From NCBI GenBank assembly GCA_030295235.1, contig AP026147.1:434001-498000 (forward strand): 64,000 nt of DNA. Reading direction: 5' to 3'. The notes under the pieces were generated by a model. It was not told the DNA's origin. It saw only the letters and a list, made by a program, of their open reading frames with translations, and ran no database searches. Positions 51,001 through 62,400 of the stretch are shown piece after piece. Source of the stretch: Fistulifera solaris (taxonomy: Eukaryota). How positions within the stretch are numbered: the stretch's first letter is position 1; every line of letters starts with the position of its first letter. A program made the translations under genes and the position numbers.

Positions 51001-51559
51001 GCTGGAAGTGACATCGAAAAATGCCAAACTTGAACGTGAGATAGATTCGTTGAAAGCGCAACTTGAAGCCGATAGATTAAAGTACGAGAGTGAGGTCACG
51101 TCGTTACAAGATAAAATTGCTTCCTTAGAATCGGCATCTTTCGAAAGCCATCAAGATGATACGGATGCGAAGATGGAAGCTCGCCTTCAAGCTGTTAAGG
51201 AACGCCTCGAGAAACTGTCGTGGCGCAATACTTCACTGAAAGAAGAAAACATGGAGCTTCGCGAAAGACTTTTTAAAGCAGAAGAGGCTGCAAACCAGTG
51301 CGCAGTACAGGATCAGGAGGAAATTTCAGCGCTCAAGGTCAGGATCGAAGAACAGACTTTAAGAATTCAAGAGCTCGAGACAATGAGCATCAAATCAAGG
51401 GCACCTTCAAGACCAAGGGCAATGTTTTCACCTCCTCCAGCGCCTCCTCAATCAACTAATCGATCAGTGGAAAGACGGCCGTCAAATCGACTAGGGGGGA
51501 TTTTAAACCTTGGAAAACGCTCGTCCTCTGTCCCACGAGGTACGACCGGTGAAATTTAG
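48004..51559 (+). CDS. Large coiled-coil protein (about 1180 aa)
   Basis: Continuous E/K/L/Q heptad-rich ORFs joined across indels at about 48190 and 49260. Confidence 0.8.
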
Positions 51560-51601
51560 CCTCAACAAAAATTAATGAAGATGCATTTTGATTGTGAACT
51601 A

Positions 51602-52924
51602 TTACCATGGTTTTGAATCTTGGGAGTCGTCAGGAGTTAGGGATGAATCTTGAAACATCGTAACCACGCGTTTGGTACCCCGAAAGCTAAATCTTAGAAC
51701 AGCACATCGTGCTAGAGCATCAATACCGAGAATTCCTCCTACTCCCTGATTCTCCAGATTCTTTAGCAAGGGAATATCGCCAACATCCATGGATAAACGC
51801 TTGTTACCAGCTCCCAACGAAATTCCTGGATAGGAGCCGGGTTTGCCAAAGTCAATCTTGCTGCTTATATTAATTCGATGAGAAAGTTGGATTGCTGTGT
51901 TGTCAGATCCCATGGCGCCCATTCGTGTCGTTAGTGGTTGGACAAAGTTCGAGCTTTTCGAAAGCCCCAGATCGGCGATGCCTTTCCAAGACAAGAGCGA
52001 GGCCGATGCCCCGGTATCGAATATCATCTCTACAGGGCCTCTGTCTCCAATGCAAACATTAACTGAATAAACACCTAATCGGGGAATGAGTTTCATTTCT
52101 CCCTCTGCTACAACTTCTAAATTGTCTGGCTTCGGTGCCGGCTTTTCGTGGAAAAATGTCACCTTTCCTTTCGAAAAGTCCATTTCCACACACTCAAATC
52201 GGCTCAAAAACGATAGGCCAAGAATCCCGTCGAGTCCTTTTGGTAAGGCTCCAATGTTTTGTACTGCCGCCGGAAGGGGGCCGAACGACTGGTCTCCGAC
52301 TTTGAATTTGTCGAGTTGGGTGAGACCGGTCGATCCCGCTTGTCCACCGGCCCCGGTCATGGTGACGGGTGTAGTGAAGGAAGGCAGATTGTATTTGGAG
52401 ACAATCTCCGGTCGCAAGACAAATCCTGTGCATGCCGTATCGAGCAACAGATTCAACTGGAACTCGCCCTGCTTCCCCTCGGCGGTCATTTGGATGGTGG
52501 CAAAGGGTTGGTCGCCGGCTTCCGCTATGATTCCTCCATCTAAGACGTTTTGTGCCGCGATTTTGATATCGTCATCCATGTAAGTAAAAAGGAGTGGGAT
52601 TTCAATGGCATTATTAGGGCGCGTGGCCGGTGCTGTGTCATCGGATGCTGTTTTCGAGGCCCTCGCTTGGAAGAGGCGTTGCACCAACTGCTCCTTCTCA
52701 AAAACATCATTGGTAGATTGCTTCAGCTGAGAAAGTTCTGCTTTCAACTCGCGTACTGACATGGAACGAAGTTTAGCGATCTCGTTTTCTTGTTCTGTCG
52801 GAGACGAAAAAGGAGGGTATTCGTCTCTCGGAACCTTCGACGTCCAGGGCTGATCAATCCGAGCGTGAACGCTGGAAGAAAGAGAATCGAAAGCCATCCG
52901 CGCATGTCCCTTCTCTCGCTTCAT
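51602..52924 (-). CDS. Two-domain retropepsin-like aspartic protease with N-terminal SAP-like helix pair
   Basis: LLLDTACT...GILGLSFL and MIFDTGAS...GILGIDAL. MSVRELKAEL...EKEQLVQRL motif. Confidence 0.75.
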   Translation of the reverse strand: MKREKGHARMAFDSLSSSVHARIDQPWTSKVPRDEYPPFSSPTEQENEIAKLRSMSVRELKAELSQLKQSTNDVFEKEQLVQRLFQARASKTASDDTAPATRPNNAIEIPLLFTYMDDDIKIAAQNVLDGGIIAEAGDQPFATIQMTAEGKQGEFQLNLLLDTACTGFVLRPEIVSKYNLPSFTTPVTMTGAGGQAGSTGLTQLDKFKVGDQSFGPLPAAVQNIGALPKGLDGILGLSFLSRFECVEMDFSKGKVTFFHEKPAPKPDNLEVVAEGEMKLIPRLGVYSVNVCIGDRGPVEMIFDTGASASLLSWKGIADLGLSKSSNFVQPLTTRMGAMGSDNTAIQLSHRINISSKIDFGKPGSYPGISLGAGNKRLSMDVGDIPLLKNLENQGVGGILGIDALARCAVLRFSFRGTKRVVTMFQDSSLTPDDSQDSKPW

Positions 52925-53041
52925 AAACACAGATAAACTTATTGCGGAAAAACAATTGTCAACAATCGAACTCGAAACGCAAAAAGGAAAAAATGCAATG
53001 CGTGGTGTTATATCACGAATTATCTGGGCTTGTAACCTTAA

Positions 53042-53629
53042 GGGCTGGTTTCGCGGACAGGCAAACTCCGCTATAAATGCGTGAACGTACATTAACACCT
53101 ATAGTAGTTACGATGCATAAAAACTCCACGCGGATCAACATCGTGAAACAACGCGATGGATGCGCGTCGTACCATGTTGGGCTTTTAACATCGAAGTAGA
53201 GTCCAATAATGATTCTTTTTACATTTTAATGCGTATTTTACCCAGAAGAATAGATTGGCGCTTTAAATGCCGCCACTAATGCGATTTTTGAGGCGCAAAC
53301 ATGAAACTTCATTCACTCCACGGAGAAATAACACGGCAAAACGACTCAAAAGCTGATATCTCGACCGGAAACGCTCAATTTTTGGACAAACTTTTGAATT
53401 GTCTTCTTCATTATAATATTAACCAATGGCCTTGGTTTGACCAAAACTGAACAAGCATAGCGTAAGAAATAAGCACTTCATTTATTTTGGCCATGGTCGT
53501 CGCGATGTTATCGCGGTGGATTTTTTTGAAGTGAAGAGTTTTTACTATAGTATCAACCTGTTGCACGTAGAAATTATTACCAGGTCTACGAGCATTTTTT
53601 GTCAGTTGCTTTGTACGTTTAACCAGCCC
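53042..53629. mobile_element. Non-autonomous DNA transposon (MITE), TTAA-flanked
   Basis: TTAA-GGGCTGGTT ... AACCAGCCC-TTAA. The inverted repeat including flanks is a perfect 17 bp (53034-53050 / 53621-53637). No coding capacity. Confidence 0.65.
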
Positions 53630-53645
53630 TTAAGGTTTTCGCGTC

Positions 53646-53910
53646 TCCATAAAATCTGGTCTCCATAAAATCTGGGGGAGTGGCTTTCGACGTTTCCATA
53701 AAATCTGGGGGTGTGGCGTTCGACTTTTCCATAAAATCTGGGAGAGTGGCGTTCGACGTTTCCATAAAATCTGGGGGTTGTGGCGTTCGACGTTTCCAAA
53801 AATCTGGGAGTGTGGCGTTTGACGTTTCCATAAAATCTGGGGGTTGTGGCGTTCGACGTTTCCAAAAATCTGGGAGTGTGGCGTTTGACGTATCCATAAA
53901 ATCTGGGGTG
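53646..53910. repeat. Minisatellite, about 33-bp unit, about 8 copies
   Basis: TCCATAAAATCTGGGRGWGTGGCGTTCGACGTT units start at 53662, 53695, 53728, 53761, 53795, 53827 and 53861, with partial units at 53646 and 53893. Confidence 0.95.
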
Positions 53911-55379
53911 GGAGTCAAAGTGGACTGTCCAATCCATAGTGAAAAACTACCTCGAGTCGAGCGTTGCGACATGAAGTATCTATGTGGAAAACCAGTGTAC
54001 GGAAAAACTAAGGTGATCACGAAAGAACAAGCATCCTTCGCGACTTTAACACTGGAGTAATAAGTAGACTTTAACGGGAGGAAGCATTGTGTCAAGACGC
54101 TGGTGTCAAAAGTCATTGACACTAGTCGTGCTTATCGTTGCTCTCGCTCCCATGCTTTTATAGTTAGTTTGCAAAATTGCTGGCCGTTCGTGTTGCAGAG
54201 ATTGGACAACTCTACAGCGCATCAAACGGCACACAAGGTAGAGAACTAAGCTACATTGCTATTGCTGTTATTCATTCTACCTTGACTGGGGGTGGCGTTT
54301 TACCTATAGCTGTCCATGAAATATTTGCTGGGGGCTGTGCTGCTTTATTATTCGTCGCCCTTGAATTTTCTAAAAAAAATTGCCCGCATTAGAAAAAAAA
54401 TGAAAACACTTTGAAACAAAACGGCAAAGACAAAATAGTCTATACTGGTAGAGGGTAGATGGGTCTAGAGTAAACGACTTGCCGTCAAGATGATGAATTA
54501 CACGGTGACGACATTTCGATAGCCGTGGCCGAAGCTATCACAAAGCTTGATCGGCAATGAGAGCTCGAAATAAAAGTTTAGTCAGAATCCAGTGGAAGGA
54601 AAATGCACTTCATCTAGAGTCTCCGTGCAGCAATAAGTCCTTGAGATCGCTTTTATTGAAGCAGATCAGGTGGATGTAAAATCGGAAACATGGGAACTAT
54701 TTCGAAAGCAAGTAGAGGAAGGACGTATCCTTACCGCGAAGGCGCCGCTGTTCGCCGACACGGCTTTACAGTACGGTGACCATTCTGCAACGAACAAGTT
54801 TATCTTCTTCTATCTGGCAACCATTAGAAGAGAATAAAGCACGATCATTGCATCGGCAAAACCAATACGGATTTTTTGGTTTTTCTAGGGCAAGGAGAAT
54901 TTGATGGAGGCGTTCACAAGAAAAGAAAGGTTAGAGGAGTCAAGAGTGACTATCAAGCGGTAACAGGATTTCAGCAGCCAATCAGTTATTGTGTAGCGAA
55001 AGTGGAATTGCAGGTTCAAATTTACAGCGACCAATCAAAGTGATTATGAGAGTTGAGAACCCAAAGAGGAGATGTCTATTTCTTTGCCGACCGAAAAAGT
55101 TATCACAAAATTCATGGTTAACCAGAATGATCCAAACACGAAGAAGGATCCATAGTATATTTACAGTTTTCACCATGAGCTCCACCAATGCGATCGACGA
55201 ATTGACTGCGCCGCTGCAGAAACAAACTTTGGAAGACACCAAAGAGAAACCGTCTCACCTACCGTCTCCGGAAACGATTCACAGAAGAACTTGACAAGAC
55301 GGGCTTCACAATCTTCAAACCTATTTCTGATCTGGGATTCTTCGAATGGAAACCCGATCTCAAAGGTCATAGTCCGTTC

Positions 55380-56230
55380 AACAAGGTTTCGGTCGCTGAA
55401 CTGAAGGGGCAGCTCGACGTCAAGGGCACAACCGCCTCTAGTGGAAACTCGATCCATCCGATTTCCTGTTGCACTCTCTTACCTTTCACCGCAAATCTAT
55501 AAGAAGCAGTATCCTTTGTCGAAGATTGTGGGTGTCTACGTTGCCACAAAGATTCGAGGTCTTAAGTTTAAATGAAATTGTTTTTGTGGTTTGGTGGCTC
55601 GACCTTATCAATGTTGGCAGATGAAAATGAAAGTGGGAAAAAATATCTTGTTACAAATATCCCAGGTACTTCCGTAGGTCTTATTGCCAAGGATGACGAA
55701 TATGATTTGAATCTGGCCGAGCCTGGCTTTCAGTTCGAGCGTTGTTACCGGAAAGCGGATTGATGCACGTGACGAACCAGCATTTACTGAACACCTGCAG
55801 TTGATGCAAGTCGGACCGTTTAAAGTTCTCTTTATTGCTGAGACAGATGCCTTGAAAGACGGTGAGCCGGTCAAGTAGCCTGCTCAAATCCCTACTATTT
55901 GGGCATCAAGAAGTGTTTGCAGTGCGTCAGCAGTGGTAGCCCAGTTTTGTGTCATGGAACCAAATATCGTGGATCTACAATTACTTCCATTACGATGAAA
56001 AGTCTCTCTGCGATGTATGAAAGTAACTCGAACAGTTGCGGAAAGCACAGAAGCAAGTAGTCAGTGCTCTTGAGGATTTGAAGGAGCAACTCGAAGACTC
56101 AACTCACTCAGGCGATTCCAAAATCTCGCTCTCGTATACGGGCAAAATTAATATACATGACCAACGGGGACCATCCAAGCTCTTGCCTTCCCTTGATGTT
56201 GTCAAAGAACTGCTTTATGACGTGTGCTAC
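55380..56230 (+). pseudogene. Disrupted ORF with RAI1/DXO-like nuclease motifs
   Basis: Across frames: FGGSTLSMLA, GFQFER, LFIAETDA...GEPV, SNPYY.G.K..Q..SSGS..LCHG.K.RG. Several breaks. Confidence 0.4.
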
Positions 56231-56824
56231 CTGGTAAGCTGCTTCTTCACCAGCAGAAGAGATCCTTACTCAAGAAAGACATCCGGGATAATTAAGTACG
56301 TAATTTGGAACTCTACTATGTCTTTATTTTGATTTGAGTAAGTTTGTCGTTGCTAGGAAATTGAAGTTATGTGGTCAGATCGATCACCATGAAGAATCCA
56401 AATGGCATATAGATTCATGAAATTTACTATAGTCCAGAGTGTTGTCCGTTTTCACCAAGACTGGATTTTTAGTCATGAACACTTTTGCAAATGAATACGA
56501 AATTCTTAGACTACGCGCTAGTAAGTCCTTCTCGAGAGATTTTTCGCACATCAAGCAGCTTCCAAGACACGTTGTATTCTTGAATATGCGATACGATGCT
56601 TGATAACTAAAGCTTTCAAACAAATTTGTACTTCACTACTTCGTATAACACTAAAGTGTCGGCGACCTTTGGTGTGACTGCGGAGTCATGAGTGAGTCGT
56701 CATGATGTTGCGACAAAAGGATTGCATGCACAAAAATTAAAGCGTCTCTGCCATAAGGATGTAATAAACATTAGAATATATCTGGTAAGGTTTCGTTGCG
56801 CTTTTGTCTGTAAAACGATCTCCC

Positions 56825-57954
56825 ATGACTACCGAAAAAGCGGGAAACACGGGGGCATACGACACCGCAAGGATGTAGCATCGACGAAGCAAGCGCAAAT
56901 GCTTCGTCAAATGAACGAGCATCGTCGCGCGGAATCCCAACAACGTAAAATTGTCAATGATTACCAAAATACTGCACTCGTGGGTTTGGCCATCCGATAT
57001 ACTCAATTTCTACTGCTCCTGATGCTGGTGGGTATTGGCTTGATTCTTTACATTTCGCCTTCCTACTTTCTTCGCTTCTATGACGCCCGAACGAAACTGC
57101 CGTTACGAAACTTGATTTTCCTGTTCCCCCGCGACATGAAAGTGAAAGCCAATACGCCCCGATTATTTCGTAATTATGCTTTAAAGACAGAAAGCAATAC
57201 GGCAGTGGTGGAGGCGTTGCAGCGTGTTTCCAAAATTCGTGAGATCGCTACCGATAGTGGCATCTACCGTCAGCCAGTGAATTTGCATGCGTGGGAATTT
57301 GACGATTTCTTTTCGCAACTACCGACACCCGAAAGTCAAGACAATGTTTGCGGCGCCGGTTTTGCTGCGGCGTATCGCAATTTTGCGCACTTGGAACGAG
57401 CACAAACCGATATGATCTTGTTTTGTTTATTAGCTTTGGGGACACATGACGGGATCTTACGCTGGAATACAACCGTTGAACATAGTCTGACACGAGGTCT
57501 CAAAGGGTTAGCGGCACATTCGGAGGGTCGCATTCATTCTTCGTTCCTTTTGTTGCCCATTCTTTCACAAGAGCAATTGGACCGCCAACAGAAACGTCAA
57601 CCGAATGATCCATCGGTGCCTCCGAGCACGCGACTTCCTGTTTTGACAATTTACTGGCTCACTGAACTAGGAAATTCACTCGACCGTATTCCTCAAGACG
57701 AGAATGCCTATCAAGATGCGCTAGGAACATTCCTGTATCAAATCATCCAAGCCGAGCAAAAAGAATCGGGGTCATGGGTCCTTTTGGATGCGGCCTGTAC
57801 AGCACCCCTGCGTGAAGATCATGATGCACAGTTTCGCCGTGTGGCGACCGATTGTCCCGGTGTTCAAAATTGTTGTTCTTGCTATGACACGTCGCTGCAG
57901 CCGTTCTCGATTCCTCGACGTCGAACAGACGAAAAAACAATCTCGTCATCGTAG
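56825..57954 (+). CDS. Type II membrane hypothetical protein with Cys-containing lumenal domain
   Basis: Long ORF with a basic N-terminus, a single TM (FLLLLMLVGIGLILYI) and C-terminal C...CC.C. Start uncertain. Confidence 0.6.
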
Positions 57955-58464
57955 AGAACATCGGACTCCAATCGTTTATAAGTCTTGTTTAATCTGTTTT
58001 CTCGGTTTAGCACATGGGCACCTAGTCTATTTGCTACTAAACTAGAAGACTTTATTTGATATTACTGCAATAAGGATTCCGTGTAATGTTTTGGTTTCAG
58101 TTAGAGGATCGTCGCTAGACTATAGCTACTCCAGTTCGACATAGACTAGACTAGACTAGACTAGTCCATGAGATCTAGCTTTAAAAAAAGAATTCATCAT
58201 AGTGAACTGCGGTGTGTGTCGTGTTTTTTTATTAAAAAAGCGACGACGTATAGAGAAGAATTCGGTTTCATGACTCATCTCAGTCGCGGGATTTCCACAA
58301 CATTTTTTACTTCGCGACGACCACGATGACAGCTGTTTTCTGACTCGGAAAGCGAATTGAAGTGTCATAAGTCATGAACATTTTCATTCTGTTAAAACAA
58401 TGTGTTTTTTATAAAATAAATCTACCTGAAGCTGAATTGATAACGGAGACTATTTTTTGTTACA

Positions 58465-59448
58465 ATGGTGTGCTGCAACAATTCGCATTTTCTTATGGCG
58501 GTTGTTGTGATGTTATACATCTCCACTACCGATGGCTTCCTCGCTCTTTCGCCCTTGATCCAGACTCACAGTCCAGCGAAAATGCTTATCAGTAAACGAC
58601 TTGACCTTACGACGACGTCCGATGATGAAGCACTGGATGCGAAACTGATGCAGATTGCGCAAAGTCTCAAATTGGAGATTTTTGATCTTGACGAAGGAGT
58701 CTTCGGATTCGATTCCCGGGACAATCGATACGGATTGGAAGTCGTCAAGACGAAAGTATCCACCAAGGGCGGCTTGGGACTTGTGCTTACTGAAATGGCG
58801 GGAAATGCGGACGGTCGTGGGCTGGTCTTGATCAGTGAGGTCACTGGTAACGCCGCGAAAGCTTCTCCGCCTATACAAGTGGGAGATGTGTTGATTGGTG
58901 TCATCGCCCCTAGCACAAACTTTCGAGAGAGAACAACAGGCCTAAACTATGATTGCACGATCGAAGCAATAGGACGAGCTAAGGAAGCTGTGACAGATGG
59001 GGTTTTGATGCTGGAGTTAAATCGCCTAGTAAAACGAGCTGAAATCGTAGTGGAGGTTGAAGACAGTGAAGGCAACATTCGAGAAATTCCAACGCTTGCT
59101 GGAGAGAATCTAAGGACGCTCCTTTTACGGAAAGGGATTAAACTTTACGACACCAATACGAGACGTTTTGACATGCCTTTTTCGAAGGGTGATTGTGCCG
59201 GTGAGGGCTTATGCGGAACTTGCTTAGTTGAGGTTCAGGAAGGGGAAGATCTACTTAGCCGCAAGGATAGTCTTGAAGAGTTGATAACAAAAGGGCGCCC
59301 CCTTAGATGGCGAGCTACGTGCCGAACTGTTGTTGGACCAGACAACAAACCGGGTCGCATACGAGTGAGACCGAAACCTCAGACGCAATTTGCCAACGAA
59401 ATCAACCCTGGGGTAAAAGTGTCAATTAGCAAAACTAACTTTCATTAA
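58465..59448 (+). CDS. Plastid-targeted PDZ + [2Fe-2S] ferredoxin-domain protein
   Basis: Signal + DG-FLAL. PDZ: GGLGLVL...IQVGDVL. Fer2: GENLR..LL...CAGEGLCGTC...RATC. Confidence 0.82.
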   Translation: MVCCNNSHFLMAVVVMLYISTTDGFLALSPLIQTHSPAKMLISKRLDLTTTSDDEALDAKLMQIAQSLKLEIFDLDEGVFGFDSRDNRYGLEVVKTKVSTKGGLGLVLTEMAGNADGRGLVLISEVTGNAAKASPPIQVGDVLIGVIAPSTNFRERTTGLNYDCTIEAIGRAKEAVTDGVLMLELNRLVKRAEIVVEVEDSEGNIREIPTLAGENLRTLLLRKGIKLYDTNTRRFDMPFSKGDCAGEGLCGTCLVEVQEGEDLLSRKDSLEELITKGRPLRWRATCRTVVGPDNKPGRIRVRPKPQTQFANEINPGVKVSISKTNFH

Positions 59449-59477
59449 AACAATTGCGTTAGCTTTGAACCTGTGAG

Positions 59478-62400
59478 CTATTCTTCGTCTGCGTCACTGG
59501 ATTCGTAGTAAATAACTTTTTTGGAAGAAGGCTCTAGAGCTGGGGAGGTATCCTCGTCATCAGGACTCGCCTCTGCCATCATCTGATTGTACTCATCCTC
59601 AATTTCATCGGCGTTCCCACCCTGTCGATGATGTTCCAATACACTACGAATGAAGTGCATATTTCCGAGACCAGTTGCTGAGTCAGGTGTCCCTACCGAT
59701 TCCCTCCCTTTCGCATCTCGCATTCTTCTATTTAGGATGGGGTTTTGAATTGTTGAGCCCGGGCTCGTATATTGTCTAACTCTTGATGAGCAACTGTTAC
59801 GTTAGCGTCAACTCCTAACTTATCGAGCTCGTCTTGCGTGTAGCCGAGTTGAGACGTATCGTTAATAAAGCCACTAATATCAGCCTCCTCGTCCTCGATA
59901 GCTAAAATATCCTCCTCTTCGCTCAAATCCCCATCCATGTCTTCATCTGAGTCGATGCCTGCTTCTTCGTCGAAAAACCTTCTAACAGCTCTTCTTCGGT
60001 CCATTTTTCCCTGACGAAGCGCGTCATCATGATCCTCATCCTTTTCTTTGCGACGCAAAACACTTGAAGGTGCGAATGGCTCAGGCGCACAGCGCAAATG
60101 ATGGAAGATGTTTCCGTCTACGCGCTTGAGGGCCCCGTCGCACTTCCCACACGAAAGACAGACGATAGCTTGATTGTCAAGTCCTTTATGTCGGAAGTCA
60201 CAGGGATCACATCTCCACTGGTCTTCGTCTCGAAAAGATGCTGGGATGGAATAGCAGGTTGTGTGAACAGCAACGTTACATGCATAGCTACGGCCGTAGC
60301 CATCGCACAAGACGATTGGATCCTCGTCAGGAGAATCACCAGACAAGCAAATTGCACAGACGATCTCTTCTGTTGGCGATTTTGTACAAGAAACTCGCGG
60401 TTCTTGCGTGTTGGTGAGATCGCGCAATGGTGGAGTATCTTTAAGAGTATCATGCGGGGATTGCTCTTTGACAGAAGCATCATCAATGCATTGGGTAGCC
60501 TCGAAAATAGCTCGCCTTTTCCGGTATTTATTTGTTTTCGTGAAGATGATTTTCTCATCAGGTGTACCCAAATTCGATGCAGTGTTTCCGACAACTGATT
60601 GGTCAAGTGCCTGTAATTCTTCACATGGGGGATCTTGTGGAGAGCGTTTCTCGACTGACGCATCCTCTTCACATTGTGTAGCATCAACAATAGCTCGTCG
60701 TTTCTTGTACTTATTCGCTCCCTTGAATACTAGTTGCTCTTCAGGCGTAAGCGATCCCTGCGCAGCATTCTCAATAACTGGATGTTCACTTACGTTCGGA
60801 GTTGGAACACATTGTTGCAAAGTCTTTGTGGTTGTATTTCCTGATCGCTTACTTGTTTCAACAGTTTGATCTGTAGACGAAGCTGAGCACGAAGAAGCAG
60901 GAGACGGCAGACAAAACTCAGATTCTTTGCAAGTCGCTCAGGTGTAGAAGGTACAGTTTTCTTCTCCAGGTCACTGTTTGTAGCGCGATGTTCACTGTCT
61001 TCGTCGCTACTCGATGAACAATCAGACTGGCTGGGTAGAACAAACTCGTCCTCGGGTAGAATGAAGCCATCGTTGGGCTCCGCGATGTCACTGGCCGAAG
61101 TCTGGTAATTGAGTTGGACAATTGCTTCTTCGATAGGACTTTTGACAACCAGCTTTGAGGTAGATTCCTTGTTTGTTTGTAAAGACGAACGCGCGATCTC
61201 TTGATTTTCTCTTTGATCTTCCTCATTTGCTGCCAAATTAAGACCACCAGCCACCATTACACCACTCTCTTTGCGCAAGGGACTGCGTTCATCTGTCGCT
61301 AACTCGACAGGGGCCCTACAAGGATCGATATTTTGAGATTGATATTGTTTGGAGACTCCGTTTGAAGTGATTGCCGGCAGCGCGATGTCCTTCGTTGCCG
61401 CCGGGACAAGGATATCCAAGGAACCAGCACGCTTTACCCGATCGTTAGCCGAGGAAGAGTTTGACTCAAACGCTTTCTGGGTGACGCGAACATTAGTATC
61501 AGTAGCATTCACAGTGAAACTTAAACTGTGAACGGCGGTTTTCGCGACGCTTGCGTATGGGTTTCGCTTAATGTGAGGTTGTGGCTTTGGAACGATTGAT
61601 GTCGGAGCGTCAGGGCTATTCTTCGAGTGTTGGAGCGATTTGTTTTGGCATGCCGATCCAGATATTTCAATGACTTCAGACGCCCCTTGATAAAGATTGT
61701 GTGAACTGAGCTGATATCTTTCGGTACAACGCGACATCGGCCTAAAGCTATCTTGTTCGTGATCTGTAGTCGAATTATGCTTTTTCGTTTCATGAACAAT
61801 GTGAAAATCCACGTAAGCCTCCTCTTCAAGAACTTTCAAAGGAAAGGTCTTGTATTTAAAGTCAGATGGCAGCTTGCTCGGCAGGGATCTACTCTTCTGT
61901 CTTCCCAAGTCGTCGGTACCAACCAGGCTCTCAAAACGATTCAGTATGAGAGAAGTTCTCCCACTCGTATTGTTTCGTTTATCGTTGCGTGAAAATGACA
62001 ATCTCCTCCCTGTAATAAACCTCCTTGATAGATCCTGGGGTATTTTTTCGCACGTGGGATAGTCTGATACAGTGGTTGCCAGCGTAAGCCTTGACATATA
62101 TTCTTGTTGTGATGCTGATAGCTTCCATTCCGAAGACAAGACATTCTCCATTTTGTCATCCAAGCTGGCGTCACGCCCTCTTTTCTTGGCTCCGTCGTGC
62201 CCTTCTACCTGCGAACTACGAAAAGAATTAGACACGGCCATCTTCTTTTCGCAAACGACTGGCCTCGTTGGAAAGAGGGGATCGCCGATGTTGACCTTAA
62301 ACTTGTTGCTTTTCAGCGCGCGGGCCAGCGTCCCTACGGAGTGCTTAGAACTATCGTAAGATTTCTTTTCCTGACCTTCCGAGACTAAGACTACGACACG

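Noticed and set aside
53602..54122. Repeat-protein ORFs across the minisatellite
   Set aside because: Open frames on both strands arise from a stop-poor 33-bp unit, and the 34/32-bp units swap frames without constraint.
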